This document shows, piece after piece, positions 9,742 through 19,129 of a stretch of DNA of 64,000 bases. The translations under genes were made by a program, and so were the position numbers. The stretch lies in IMG/VR virus record IMGVR_UViG_3300046660_000219, positions 1 to 64,000 of that record; one strand, given 5' to 3'. Positions within the stretch are counted from its first letter, which is position 1. Every line of letters begins with the position of its first letter. The notes under the pieces are model-generated. The model was not told the origin of the DNA and ran no database searches. It saw nothing but the letters and a program-made list of their open reading frames with translations.

Positions 9742-10200
9742 ATGAGATTAGCGACAACGCTGGTTCAGCAGCGTAATGATACAGATTGCGCGGTTTGCGC
9801 CGTCGCAATGGCCCTGGATTTGCCGTACGACCGGGTGATGGCAGCGGCAATGGCCGCCAAGTGCTACAGCCGGGAAAACGGTACATCAGCCGTGTACAAA
9901 GTACTGGAGAAGCTAGGGCTGTCGTATACCTTTCTCCAGGGTAAACCGATTGGTGATTTCACGACGCGCATGCGCGATTACGCGCTGTCTAACGACATAT
10001 TCCGCGACATGGTGTGGGGACGGCCGGCGATCATCACCGCCAAGTCGATCAACGGCGCATTCAGTCATGCCGTTTGGTACGACGGAGAGAAGGTGTACGA
10101 CCCCAGCGCACGTCAAGTGCATACGTCGCTGTGGACGATGGAGATCGAAGACACTATACTATTTGCACCAGGTTTTCGGAGTAGCGTAGAAAAGGTATAA
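9742..10200 (+). CDS. C39-like cysteine peptidase
   Basis: QQRNDTDCAVCAVAM...HAVWYDG..VYDP (Q, C, H, D residues). Confidence 0.7.
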   Translation: MRLATTLVQQRNDTDCAVCAVAMALDLPYDRVMAAAMAAKCYSRENGTSAVYKVLEKLGLSYTFLQGKPIGDFTTRMRDYALSNDIFRDMVWGRPAIITAKSINGAFSHAVWYDGEKVYDPSARQVHTSLWTMEIEDTILFAPGFRSSVEKV

Positions 10201-10205
10201 CTTCC

Positions 10206-10236
10206 AGGGTGTCGGCAATGCCGACACCCTTTCTTT
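10206..10236 (+). terminator. Intrinsic terminator
   Basis: AGGGTGTCGGCA-A-TGCCGACACCCT-TTCTTT. Confidence 0.85.
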
Positions 10237-10239
10237 GTG

Positions 10240-11320
10240 TCAAAATTCAGCAATGTTGCGTGTTTCGGAAGTATTTCTTGAAATATTGCCGGAAATTTCT
10301 CCGAAAACAGGCTAAACCGGAGGCCATAGAAGCATTGTAATTGTCTAGTGATCCAATGAGCTAGCCTAGTCTCCTCCTCTCCTTGGAATACACACTCCCT
10401 CCACTAATCTAGGGAGCTAGAGAGACAGCCTAATTCTTAATCACAGCCAAACAGGGTAACAGAGGCTAGACACACTAGACGCAGTCCTCTACGTCATTTT
10501 TCGGGCTCCCTACAAAAACGCCTATTTTCTACACTTTTCTTCAATTCTCCCCTCTACCCTCCCTACAGCTCAGCTTCAATACTCAAGCTTCCCATCTTTC
10601 GTACCTACCATTACGTGCTAAACGCTTTACAAACCTGAAGATTTTTCACACCTCGATTTTAGCTCCTAAAACGTACCCTAAAATCCGAACACCCTCTAAT
10701 CGCTTCTTTACGGTGCGCAGCACCTAATGCGCCAAGTCTACGCAAAGATTGGCCGTTTCTACACGTCTAAAATAAAAGGTATTTACCACTTTTACCAAGC
10801 GCCAGGTTTAGCAGACCTTTAGCTAAAATTTCCTAAAGCTCGCTAAACTTGAACGTTGCTTCTTTCTGGGGTCTAGACACGTCTAGACCCCTCCCACACG
10901 AGTAGTTCAAAATCACGTCTCTCGCTAACTTGGCACTTGGTAAAATTTGCTAAAGCACCTCCACGCTCCAAGTGCACTTACCATTGTAGCAATATTTCCG
11001 ACGATCCTGTGGATCACCCATGTCATGGCTAGATCGGGTGAGCCAGTGTCCTGTGTGACGTGACTACTCTTCAGAGCGTACGTACTGTGGACATCCTGCC
11101 TTGTCCATGGGTGTTGCCGTGGGACCTGTGGTGGTAATTTATTTTCAGGTTTGAGGGGCGTGGAGTGCGTAAAATGGTAAAGAAAACAGGACGTATTGTC
11201 CTCTGGGTGACAGGTGGTTTGGCTGTGTACGCGGTCCTGCTGTGGCTCGTCGGCATGGCGGGCTACTACTGGTTTGGACGTTGACAGTACTTGTGTGTTT
11301 GAAGTCGGGGACGAGTAGAG
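10240..11320. other. Large non-coding region, candidate replication origin or packaging site
   Basis: No credible ORF; top strand C-rich then G-rich; dyad-symmetric element 10849-10910. Confidence 0.45.
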
Positions 11321-11323
11321 ATA

Positions 11324-12196
11324 ATGGTAGGGTTTACGAAGCACGTAGAGTTGGTAGAGAGCGCCGGGGACGTGAGGCGCGTACAGGCCGTGGGGAAGCG
11401 GCGGTTTGGTCTGTTACGTCTGGTGCTCAACTACTTGCGCGCCGTGGGCTTGGTGACGGCCAAGGAAGCCAGGGGGCACTTGTCGGAGGTCAAAGCCTGG
11501 GTAGAGAAGTTCCGCCGTGCACCGGCCTTGTCAGCCTCGCTAGTGGAACTGTCTCGCATGGGTCGTAACGTCGTAACGTTGGCTGTTGATACCATTGTTG
11601 GCTTGCTGGAGACGCGGTTTACGGCCGAAGGCCTAGGGGCGTTTCCCAAGGTGGAGGTGAAGACTACCGTCATGCGTTTCTTCAGCAATCGACAGGCCTT
11701 GACGCGGCTACTTGATTGCCTGGGTGGTTCAGAAGTGCACGGGGTGGTGTATTGTCGTCGAAAAGGTAAGATGCGGGGTGTGGAAGTAGACTCCGTATTG
11801 GAGTGCTTGCGGGGCTTGGCTAGGCGTGAGGATCTTGCCTACATGCTGGACGTTGGGCCGGGCGGTGTGCACTTCCACTTCTTGTGCGCTAGAGAGGTAG
11901 CGAAAAAGGTAGAGGAACGGGTAAACAGGTTGGAGCTTGGTTTACAAGCCTCAGTGACGCCTAAAGTGGTGCGTGAGTATTGGCAAGAAGTCGCGCCTAG
12001 CAGAGACGTCCACACGTACTTGGCCTTGAAGTTGACGCCTGCCTTGCAGGGAGACGGGATTTCGCGTAGAGTGCGCCGTGAAGTAGGGACCGTGTTCCAC
12101 GACTCACGTGAGTTCGGCCGCGTCACCTGTCACCTCTCCCGTCATCGCAGTAGCTCTGAGTTAGGCGCGTCTTCGCGTCGGTCTCGTGCTGCCTAA
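11324..12196 (+). CDS. Hypothetical protein with HUH-endonuclease (Rep-like) motifs
   Basis: YMLDVGPGGVHFHFL and TYLALK. Confidence 0.45.
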   Translation: MVGFTKHVELVESAGDVRRVQAVGKRRFGLLRLVLNYLRAVGLVTAKEARGHLSEVKAWVEKFRRAPALSASLVELSRMGRNVVTLAVDTIVGLLETRFTAEGLGAFPKVEVKTTVMRFFSNRQALTRLLDCLGGSEVHGVVYCRRKGKMRGVEVDSVLECLRGLARREDLAYMLDVGPGGVHFHFLCAREVAKKVEERVNRLELGLQASVTPKVVREYWQEVAPSRDVHTYLALKLTPALQGDGISRRVRREVGTVFHDSREFGRVTCHLSRHRSSSELGASSRRSRAA

Positions 12197-12209
12197 AAGG
12201 TAAGGTATT

Positions 12210-12665
12210 ATGTCCACGCTCACGCACACTCACGTCACGCTGTCGCCGTCCTTTCCTGTTGAGCGTTCTTTGAACTTCAACGTACACATAGGTGAGGACG
12301 TCACGTTCAGCAGTACAGTGCTTGCGAGTGAGATACGTTTTCCCGGGCGCGTATCTTTTACCCTGTCGAAAGGGCGATTGACTCCTGACCTGTGGTGCGC
12401 GTGGATTCGCGCAACCAGTAAAGTTGATCGTGTTCGGGACGGACGTGTAATAGCGTTATTGAACGAGAATGGTGATCTATTTATTGCGCTACATCTGCGC
12501 CCGAATGGACAATTACTCTTTATGACACCCGAAGCTTGGGTCGTCCACTGTGCACTTGTCGGCGCGTTTGCTACGATGTTTGAACGTAGCGTTACGTTGA
12601 AAGGTGCAGAGCCCGTGCCGCTAGTGATCAGTGAACACATCAGGTTCATCTTCGATTTGAAATAA
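12210..12665 (+). CDS. Hypothetical protein, TPExW paralogue family
   Basis: LFIALHLRPNGQLLFMTPEAW. Confidence 0.7.
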   Translation: MSTLTHTHVTLSPSFPVERSLNFNVHIGEDVTFSSTVLASEIRFPGRVSFTLSKGRLTPDLWCAWIRATSKVDRVRDGRVIALLNENGDLFIALHLRPNGQLLFMTPEAWVVHCALVGAFATMFERSVTLKGAEPVPLVISEHIRFIFDLK

Positions 12666-12676
12666 AGGTACAAAAT

Positions 12677-13099
12677 ATGGAAAACGAAACCGTCATCACC
12701 TGTGGCGTCGGCGCGTACTCTGGCGGCACGTTGGACGTTACTTTTACCATCGACAAGGTGACTTTCTCCGAGCGCATCGATTACTTCGTGCTGCGTAACC
12801 ACGGTCGCCTGTACATCCATGTCGATCGTGACGTATTGACGCCGAAAGCCTACAAGAACTGGTGTGTCGTTACGCTTGGGCTAGTTGGTAAAAATATTAT
12901 GCTAGAGACCAGCACGGGTGAACCATTAACGGTAATGATCATCCGTTCGGATGAAGTGGCTTTCGTCACACCGGAATACTGGGGTGGCTACTGCGCGCTC
13001 TACGGTGCGCAAGAGATTGACGGCAAGGTGAGTTTGCCGGTTGGCGAAAAGACTATCGAAAAACTCTTCGGGTACCCTTTCACTTTTACACTGGTCTAG
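12677..13099 (+). CDS. Hypothetical protein, TPExW paralogue family
   Basis: PLTVMIIRSDEVAFVTPEYW. Confidence 0.7.
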   Translation: MENETVITCGVGAYSGGTLDVTFTIDKVTFSERIDYFVLRNHGRLYIHVDRDVLTPKAYKNWCVVTLGLVGKNIMLETSTGEPLTVMIIRSDEVAFVTPEYWGGYCALYGAQEIDGKVSLPVGEKTIEKLFGYPFTFTLV

Positions 13100-13103
13100 C
13101 GTC

Positions 13104-13304
13104 GTGCCTAGGTGGTTGCGCCTGTGGCGAGCGGCTTGGTACTTGCGGTGTAGGCGCGCTAGGATCTGTCACTGTTATTTCTGTGTCGGACGCACGGACA
13201 ACCGTCCGTGGTCGCCTAACGTCAGCCACGGCTTGTATTTGTGGGTCGGCAAAGACGGCGAACTGCACGGGCAGACAAAGAGCCGCATCGTGTCTCTGCA
13301 TTGA
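13104..13304 (+). CDS. Small hypothetical protein
   Basis: GTG-started part of track ORF 13041..13304 filling the gap between genes. Confidence 0.4.
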   Translation: MPRWLRLWRAAWYLRCRRARICHCYFCVGRTDNRPWSPNVSHGLYLWVGKDGELHGQTKSRIVSLH

Positions 13305-13318
13305 AAGGTTATAAGGGT

Positions 13319-13492
13319 ATGTCGAAAACAAAAGCCGCTTGGGCCAGTTTAGTGTACAATTTACGTGGTCTGCTCATGGACACACTATTGGCGTGGGCCA
13401 TGGAGGTAGCGCCGCCCGAAGACCAAGCCGCGCTCGCTGGTGCGTTATTACCTTTCCTTGAGCAACAACAGGAGAAGCTTGCTAATGGCTAA
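13319..13492 (+). CDS. Small hypothetical protein
   Basis: MSKTKAAW start; overlaps next start. Confidence 0.6.
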   Translation: MSKTKAAWASLVYNLRGLLMDTLLAWAMEVAPPEDQAALAGALLPFLEQQQEKLANG

Positions 13493-13736
13493 ATATCCGA
13501 CACCGGAAAAGGAAGGCCACTACTGGGCCAAGTTACGACTGCACGACGAGCCGGATCAGAATTCAACGGATTGGGAAGTCGTGCAAGTGTTCGACAACAT
13601 CTTGCGCCCGTGGTGCGAAGCCGACATTGAGACTGGTGAATGCATGATGGTGCATGTCCCAGGTCTTGGTGAAAGTCAGCCGATCGACCACTTCATCTGG
13701 GGTCCAGAAGTCGTCAAGCCGACAGAGCTTGGTTAA
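13485..13736 (+). CDS. Small hypothetical phage protein
   Basis: MAKYPTPEKEGHYWAKL..WEVVQV; AGGAG RBS. Confidence 0.7.
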   Translation: MAKYPTPEKEGHYWAKLRLHDEPDQNSTDWEVVQVFDNILRPWCEADIETGECMMVHVPGLGESQPIDHFIWGPEVVKPTELG

Positions 13737-13763
13737 TAATATTTCGTGAGGGGAGACAAGAAC

Positions 13764-14183
13764 ATGACAGAGCATTGGGCGGCAACGCAAAGCTTTGGGA
13801 TGACTTACCTAGAGTTAATGGTAAGATGGCGTGACGATAAGCGTACCGATTTCGCTTGCAAAGGCGTAGTGCCGTTAGACACACTAAGCCGCCTAGGCGT
13901 CGTGTGGTTGGATTTCGCTGTAGATGGTAAGACCCCAGCCTTCGGTAACCGCGCTCGTCAGCCGTACCTGCTGATGGATGAGCCGGGTGGTTTGCCACTG
14001 TGCGTCATGCAGTTGCGTGAAAACGGTAGAATCGCTTTCTTCACGCTAACGGCGTGGGCGGCTTTCTCATTGACGATTACTCTGGACGGCATGACGACGT
14101 TCGGTGTGACTGGGCCGCATTCCATTTGCACGAACACACTAACCACGATCGGCTTTGCGTTAACGAGGCAGGACCATGACTGA
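13764..14183 (+). CDS. Hypothetical protein, TPExW paralogue family
   Basis: PLCVMQLRENGRIAFFTLTAW; GGAG RBS. Confidence 0.7.
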   Translation: MTEHWAATQSFGMTYLELMVRWRDDKRTDFACKGVVPLDTLSRLGVVWLDFAVDGKTPAFGNRARQPYLLMDEPGGLPLCVMQLRENGRIAFFTLTAWAAFSLTITLDGMTTFGVTGPHSICTNTLTTIGFALTRQDHD

Positions 14184-14646
14184 AGAGTTCTTGCGTAATC
14201 GGACCATCGGCAGTGACAGCGAGTTTGAACTAGAAATAGTAATGGCTAGCGGTCAGCGCCATTCGCATTGGTTCACTTACGTGTCGTTACGCAACATGGG
14301 TGTCCTGACCGTCAGCATTGATCTAGAAAAGGTTTCAGATTACGAGCGGAGTCGCTTGCGGGAAACTGACTACCGGGCTGGGCAGATTGTCGGTGGTCAA
14401 TACGCCGCGCCATTTATGGTCGTGCAGATGTGCCGATCTGGCATATACCATTTGTTCACACCGGAGCGCTGGGCTGCTCAGCACATAATGCTTGGCGTGC
14501 CGCAATATCTTACTGCGACCGCGTCTTTGAACAACATTCGCTGCCAGGTTCCCGGTGACGAGCAAACACTCGTCACACAGTTATTGGTGCCTACGGATGC
14601 GATCAAGTCGGTTACCATTATTCATCATTCCCACAAGTTCGTGTGA
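14176..14646 (+). CDS. Hypothetical protein, TPExW paralogue family
   Basis: PFMVVQMCRSGIYHLFTPERW. Confidence 0.7.
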   Translation: MTEEFLRNRTIGSDSEFELEIVMASGQRHSHWFTYVSLRNMGVLTVSIDLEKVSDYERSRLRETDYRAGQIVGGQYAAPFMVVQMCRSGIYHLFTPERWAAQHIMLGVPQYLTATASLNNIRCQVPGDEQTLVTQLLVPTDAIKSVTIIHHSHKFV

Positions 14647-15392
14647 GTTCGTCCATGTCGCTACCATATTCCGCGTTTATGTCGCACAGTGGCAAGGCCT
14701 ACAGGCTCACTGAACTGTTCGTGGTCCTGGCGTTCTCTTCGCGGCCGGGTGAGGGTTACTCGCTAGGCTCGTACACGCTGCATGACTTGCACGCGGCTAG
14801 AGACGGCACGTTGCACGACTTCAACGCCGACGCGAAGCGGTTAGCCGACGCTAACGTTATTAAAGAAATCCCCTTCTACCGTTCGCATGAGTCGTACCTT
14901 TTATGGTACGACGGCATGCCGCTGGTTTTCGTCAAGATGTTGGACGACCACGTCGAACTGCATCACGTCATGGACTTGTTGGTGTCACGGCGGCTATCAG
15001 ATCGTCAAGAATCGCCATCGCGCTATCGTGACATCCTCGCCGAGCGTTTTAACGTCGCGCCAGCATCTATCACTACCATTACCAGCACCGACGGCGTGTT
15101 CTACAAGTCACCGCTGGGATCGCGCACATCGCCGCAACTACACCTTGCTATTCATCCTGTTGCGCGTCCGCCCGTGGATCCAGTCATATCCACGGCCATG
15201 CCACTGGACGCTGAAGAGAAGGCGGATTTACGGCTGGCGCTAGTTACTATTTCGGGTCTGATGTCTGTGCTCGAAAACCTAGAAAGAGAAGACGGCGATT
15301 ATGCGGTCCCTTCCATGGAGGATGTGCGCGAGTATACTCTGGCCCGCGCCTTCGTTGAGCGCATGAAGGCAAAGCACGGTATAAAGCTATAG
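14643..15392 (+). CDS. Hypothetical protein, possibly a divergent member of the same family
   Basis: GMPLVFVKMLDDHVELH segment; coupled start/stop overlap. Confidence 0.65.
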   Translation: MSSSMSLPYSAFMSHSGKAYRLTELFVVLAFSSRPGEGYSLGSYTLHDLHAARDGTLHDFNADAKRLADANVIKEIPFYRSHESYLLWYDGMPLVFVKMLDDHVELHHVMDLLVSRRLSDRQESPSRYRDILAERFNVAPASITTITSTDGVFYKSPLGSRTSPQLHLAIHPVARPPVDPVISTAMPLDAEEKADLRLALVTISGLMSVLENLEREDGDYAVPSMEDVREYTLARAFVERMKAKHGIKL

Positions 15393-15529
15393 TGAAGCTT
15401 CTGGGTCGGCTCCGCTAATTGAGATTCACACCCCGTGCATTTGCTTGCGCAGCCGTCCCGTGGTAGATTCCGACCACATTAGTCAGACGTGATGCGCAGG
15501 TTTGTGCTTACCTTTTGAGAGCACTCGCC

Positions 15530-16294
15530 ATGGCCCATGAAGACCGTGATTTCTTAGTCTGTTCTTTCCCGCCCTATCCGTCCTACCGCACCCACCCAGA
15601 CGGTACTAAGCGCAAGCGCCCCATTCTGGATTGGCTATATTACACAGCCAGTACGGTCATCGGCTTTAGCATCTGGCATAAAGGTAACCACGGGTGCGAA
15701 ACTTTCCCGCGTGGTCCTGGCGTATACGAAGCTGCTGCAAAGGCCGTGGCTAAAGACGAGCTGCTGCAAAAGATGGTGCAAGACAGTCTTGCGATGCATT
15801 CATTGTATAACAACGGTGCTATGCCGCTGTATTGCGGCGCAGTGGCTTTCCAGGCTATTGCACACCAGCTAGAGGTCGAGCGTTTTAGCTACCATTATCG
15901 TGTGACCGGTCGTTCGCTCAATCGCCGCAAACGTGAAGAACGTCTAGCTGTTGTCGCTGCCGAGGCCCTAAACCTAGCAACTAACCCGGTAGACAACCTG
16001 CTACACGTACATGAGTATGACGCTCTCGTTCGCATGATCGCTGCGTGTCTAAACCGACGTCTCATTCCATGGTGGAAGCATCCGCGTTGGCACGTACACC
16101 ACTGGCGTTTCAACTTCGAGTTGCCTAGGAACATCCGCCGCGCTTTCTTTGAAAAGTGTATCGTGTGCCGTACGGCCATTGGCTGGGGCAAGTCGCCGAC
16201 TGCGGACAGCCGTGGCTCCTACCATTGTGATTGCTATCCTTCCACGCCTGTTAATACCCCTGCTGTGGTGACTGCGGACCATGTCATCCACTGA
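15530..16294 (+). CDS. Hypothetical protein
   Basis: Long ORF; C-terminal Cys/His cluster. Confidence 0.65.
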   Translation: MAHEDRDFLVCSFPPYPSYRTHPDGTKRKRPILDWLYYTASTVIGFSIWHKGNHGCETFPRGPGVYEAAAKAVAKDELLQKMVQDSLAMHSLYNNGAMPLYCGAVAFQAIAHQLEVERFSYHYRVTGRSLNRRKREERLAVVAAEALNLATNPVDNLLHVHEYDALVRMIAACLNRRLIPWWKHPRWHVHHWRFNFELPRNIRRAFFEKCIVCRTAIGWGKSPTADSRGSYHCDCYPSTPVNTPAVVTADHVIH

Positions 16295-16589
16295 TCAGCC
16301 ACCCACCAAACCCGTCAAACCTAAGCGTTCACAGAGTAAAACCACCATGCACGCATCATCCTCCACTCAGGAAACGTTTACGGTTGTCAGTTATCCTAGC
16401 GGCAACCCAACTACCAGCGAAGAGACGCAGCATCCCGATTTCGACGCAGCTTTGGCGGCCTTCGCTATGCAGCAAGAAACGGTATCTATCGGAAAGGACG
16501 TCGTGCTGATGTACGATCATCCTGAGCTACGTGGACGTTGGGCTGACAGCCCAGAGTTCGAACACCTTTTCAGCGACACGAGGCACTGA
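16281..16589 (+). CDS. Hypothetical protein
   Basis: ORF track, operon packing. Confidence 0.55.
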   Translation: MSSTDQPPTKPVKPKRSQSKTTMHASSSTQETFTVVSYPSGNPTTSEETQHPDFDAALAAFAMQQETVSIGKDVVLMYDHPELRGRWADSPEFEHLFSDTRH

Positions 16590-16911
16590 TGAAACAATTA
16601 CTATTTCTTTCGCTGGCCGTAGTGCTAGTTGGTTGTGGATCAAAATCGCAGGAACCTTGAACGACGTCGTTCAAGGTGATGGCTTCACTATCCAACGTGA
16701 CTACTTGAACAATGTTGTCACGTGCAAGAGCGTGTACGGCGAAACATTCACGTTCACTGGTGCGGACGTCCGCACTGCTCACAGCGATTTTCTAGGCTCT
16801 GCCGGAGTTATTACCGTTAAGGACGATAAAGGCTTCGTCCGTAACATCCGCACCGACTCGGAAATCTGGTCGTGTGGCGGTGAAACAATAAAAGTAAAAC
16901 CACAGGAGTAA
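16531..16911 (+). CDS. Hypothetical protein (start uncertain)
   Basis: ORF track, operon packing. Confidence 0.55.
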   Translation: MDVGLTAQSSNTFSATRGTDETITISFAGRSASWLWIKIAGTLNDVVQGDGFTIQRDYLNNVVTCKSVYGETFTFTGADVRTAHSDFLGSAGVITVKDDKGFVRNIRTDSEIWSCGGETIKVKPQE

Positions 16912-16913
16912 TC

Positions 16914-17141
16914 ATGCCGAAAAAGTACACAGTGCGTGTTGAGCGCGTTATCAACAAACACATTTACGCCAAGGCTGGCGAAGTCGTCTATGACTATATG
17001 GGCTGCGACTATGGTCTCAGCGGTGACGACAGACGATTGACCGGAGACGAGCACACTTCGGTAACTAAACAGGCCGATGGGTCTGCACCGTCGTTTACCA
17101 TTCCCAAGCACCACTTGGAGGAAATCCAGGAGGACGCGTGA
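16914..17141 (+). CDS. Small hypothetical phage protein
   Basis: AGGAG RBS; YDYMGCDYGL...PSFTIP. Confidence 0.7.
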   Translation: MPKKYTVRVERVINKHIYAKAGEVVYDYMGCDYGLSGDDRRLTGDEHTSVTKQADGSAPSFTIPKHHLEEIQEDA

Positions 17142-17383
17142 TGCGGAAGTACAACAGTCCGTACCATGGCGGCTACGGTACGTGTAATGGTTTCGGAAGT
17201 GTATGGGTAGATGACGGGGTTGCGTCTAACTCTTACACTGGTGGCCCACCGTGTCCTAACTGCTTAACTATGCAAGACAAGCTAGCTAAAGCGATGGTTG
17301 CGACACCTAATCCGCCTGCGCAGCAACCCGTTCCCGTGGAACGTCCATGGCCATACTCGCACCACGTAATCATGGTTAAGTAA
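17138..17383 (+). CDS. Small hypothetical protein with CPNC motif
   Basis: AGGAGG RBS, coupled overlap. Confidence 0.6.
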   Translation: MMRKYNSPYHGGYGTCNGFGSVWVDDGVASNSYTGGPPCPNCLTMQDKLAKAMVATPNPPAQQPVPVERPWPYSHHVIMVK

Positions 17384-17408
17384 GTGTAGCGTAACGGAGT
17401 GCTCAACC

Positions 17409-17687
17409 GTGCGTAAATCATCAACGAAACGTGACGCCTTACTATACCGTTTAGGTATACTGCTGTTTCTGGTGAGTTGGCTTCTGGTCATGCAGGCTTT
17501 TGCACAGCTCGTGCAGCCTGCCTTGATCCCTAGCGAAGTGATCGGTGTCGTCAAACGTTGCACCAATTCCAAAGAAGATTTGGTGCAACTGTATGGTGGT
17601 ACGTTGGCGTTTCGCAAGGAGACGAAGACCGCTGTGGAAATTACACCGTTGCCTGCTGGAGATATAGGTAGTAACACCAGTTGTTAG
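17409..17687 (+). CDS. Small membrane-anchored hypothetical protein
   Basis: N-terminal hydrophobic segment; GGAG RBS. Confidence 0.55.
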   Translation: MRKSSTKRDALLYRLGILLFLVSWLLVMQAFAQLVQPALIPSEVIGVVKRCTNSKEDLVQLYGGTLAFRKETKTAVEITPLPAGDIGSNTSC

Positions 17688-18067
17688 GTATACTCATTTT
17701 GAGTATACCATTACAGAATAGGTAATTTAGACTCAACCAGAGGATGCTCACTCCTCGGTCGTCTATGTAAGGGTAAGATGATGATTAATCGCTCGCAATA
17801 TCTCCAGATGCTCGCTCACACCAGGGCTAGGTTGATGACTAACAAATAGTAATCTAGTGTGAACCAAGCTCCATACGATGCTGCCGAGATCAACGCTTTC
17901 CGCTTGCGTGCATTGCTAGCCTTCCACTATTGGAAGGAAATAATAGTGGTGGCGTTCTCGTCCATCGAGCCATACAACCTAATAGGTCATTGGCTGTACA
18001 CCGTGCTATTCGATCGTTGATCGCGCTAGCACAAAAACTGTAAGCTTTATAGTCGGGGGAATACACT

Positions 18068-18388
18068 ATGCACATTCTACACGCAGCTCCGCTGCAATCC
18101 GAAGCGATCATCAATGCCGCGCTTTGTTTGCGCGATTGCATCATGTCGTTCAGTACAAGTACTGACAGACCGTACGTCGCGGTGATTGTAAACACCGCCG
18201 ATATTGAACGCTTCGTCGATGATCAAGAACTGAAAGCGTTGAGTGGTGAAAGGGTAGTTGGCAATACGTTGCGGCTGACTTTCGCCGACATGAACGTCTA
18301 TCTAGATAAAGAGTATTTCGATCAACCTCTTCCGCCTGGACGTGCGTATATCGTCGCGGAGGATGCATTGGCGTCAGGCTATGCTTGA
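18068..18388 (+). CDS. Small protein resembling an isolated HK97-capsid A-domain segment
   Basis: VAVIVNTADIERF...TFADMNVYLD...LPPGRAYIVA. Confidence 0.45.
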   Translation: MHILHAAPLQSEAIINAALCLRDCIMSFSTSTDRPYVAVIVNTADIERFVDDQELKALSGERVVGNTLRLTFADMNVYLDKEYFDQPLPPGRAYIVAEDALASGYA

Positions 18389-19112
18389 CCCAGCCGAAAT
18401 TGATCTAACACCTGACGGTTCAATCGGTAACAGCGATGTCGTTCTGATAGATCGCTTTGCCGAACTTGCCGCGAGCTATCGCAAGCTTCACGAGGCGTAC
18501 ACTTACCGGATTGGTTCTGGTGATACCTCTTGTGCTGCGCGTGTACGCCAATACCCTATGCGTCAGCTAACCGTGGTCGAGAAGATCGGTGCTTTGCTGG
18601 ACTCAGCCGCGACGCATACCAAGATCGTAACGAAACTATACTACGCCCAAGAGCCAGTTTCCCGCCAAGAGCTTTGTGATATAGCGGGTATAATAGAGGC
18701 TTCATGGAACCCTACCATTGCTCGTATGCGGACGCTGACGAGCGTTAACATCACTTGTGTGAGTCGTTCGACGCACGTGTACGACGCCAAGACCGACACG
18801 GCGCAACGCGTGTCCTACTATGTTCTTGATGAAAGTGTACGGCAGCGGATTGACTTCGCTCTAGCACATAGCGTTGTAGCCTATGGTTCCGACGAAGCTA
18901 TTATTGCGGCGATCTTGGCGATGCTTCGTGTCAACCCTAGCATGTCAATAAATAGTATCGCTGATCGAACTGGCTATCGCGATATGCTGGATATCGTCAA
19001 GATCGTCGCCCGCCGGATGCTGATCAACGATTTGGTCAATCGTCGGGCCGGACTTTATCGCATCACCAGTGCCGGCTTAGCGCTTGTGCGCGCCGAAGGT
19101 AATTCGAATTGA
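18381..19112 (+). CDS. Putative winged-helix DNA-binding protein
   Basis: VSRQELCDIAGI and SMSINSIADRTG...LVNRRAGLYRITSAG wHTH-like segments. Confidence 0.55.
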   Translation: MLDPAEIDLTPDGSIGNSDVVLIDRFAELAASYRKLHEAYTYRIGSGDTSCAARVRQYPMRQLTVVEKIGALLDSAATHTKIVTKLYYAQEPVSRQELCDIAGIIEASWNPTIARMRTLTSVNITCVSRSTHVYDAKTDTAQRVSYYVLDESVRQRIDFALAHSVVAYGSDEAIIAAILAMLRVNPSMSINSIADRTGYRDMLDIVKIVARRMLINDLVNRRAGLYRITSAGLALVRAEGNSN

Positions 19113-19129
19113 AACCTAGGGAGGGCCTT

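Noticed and set aside
10849-10910. Protelomerase (telRL) target
   Set aside because: Perfect arms only 11 bp and no protelomerase gene in the window
11281-11310. sigma70 promoter at TTGACA 11281
   Set aside because: No -10-like hexamer at 16-18 bp
17778-18020. Tiny ORFs of 23 and 53 aa
   Set aside because: Possible, but no motif or strong RBS support
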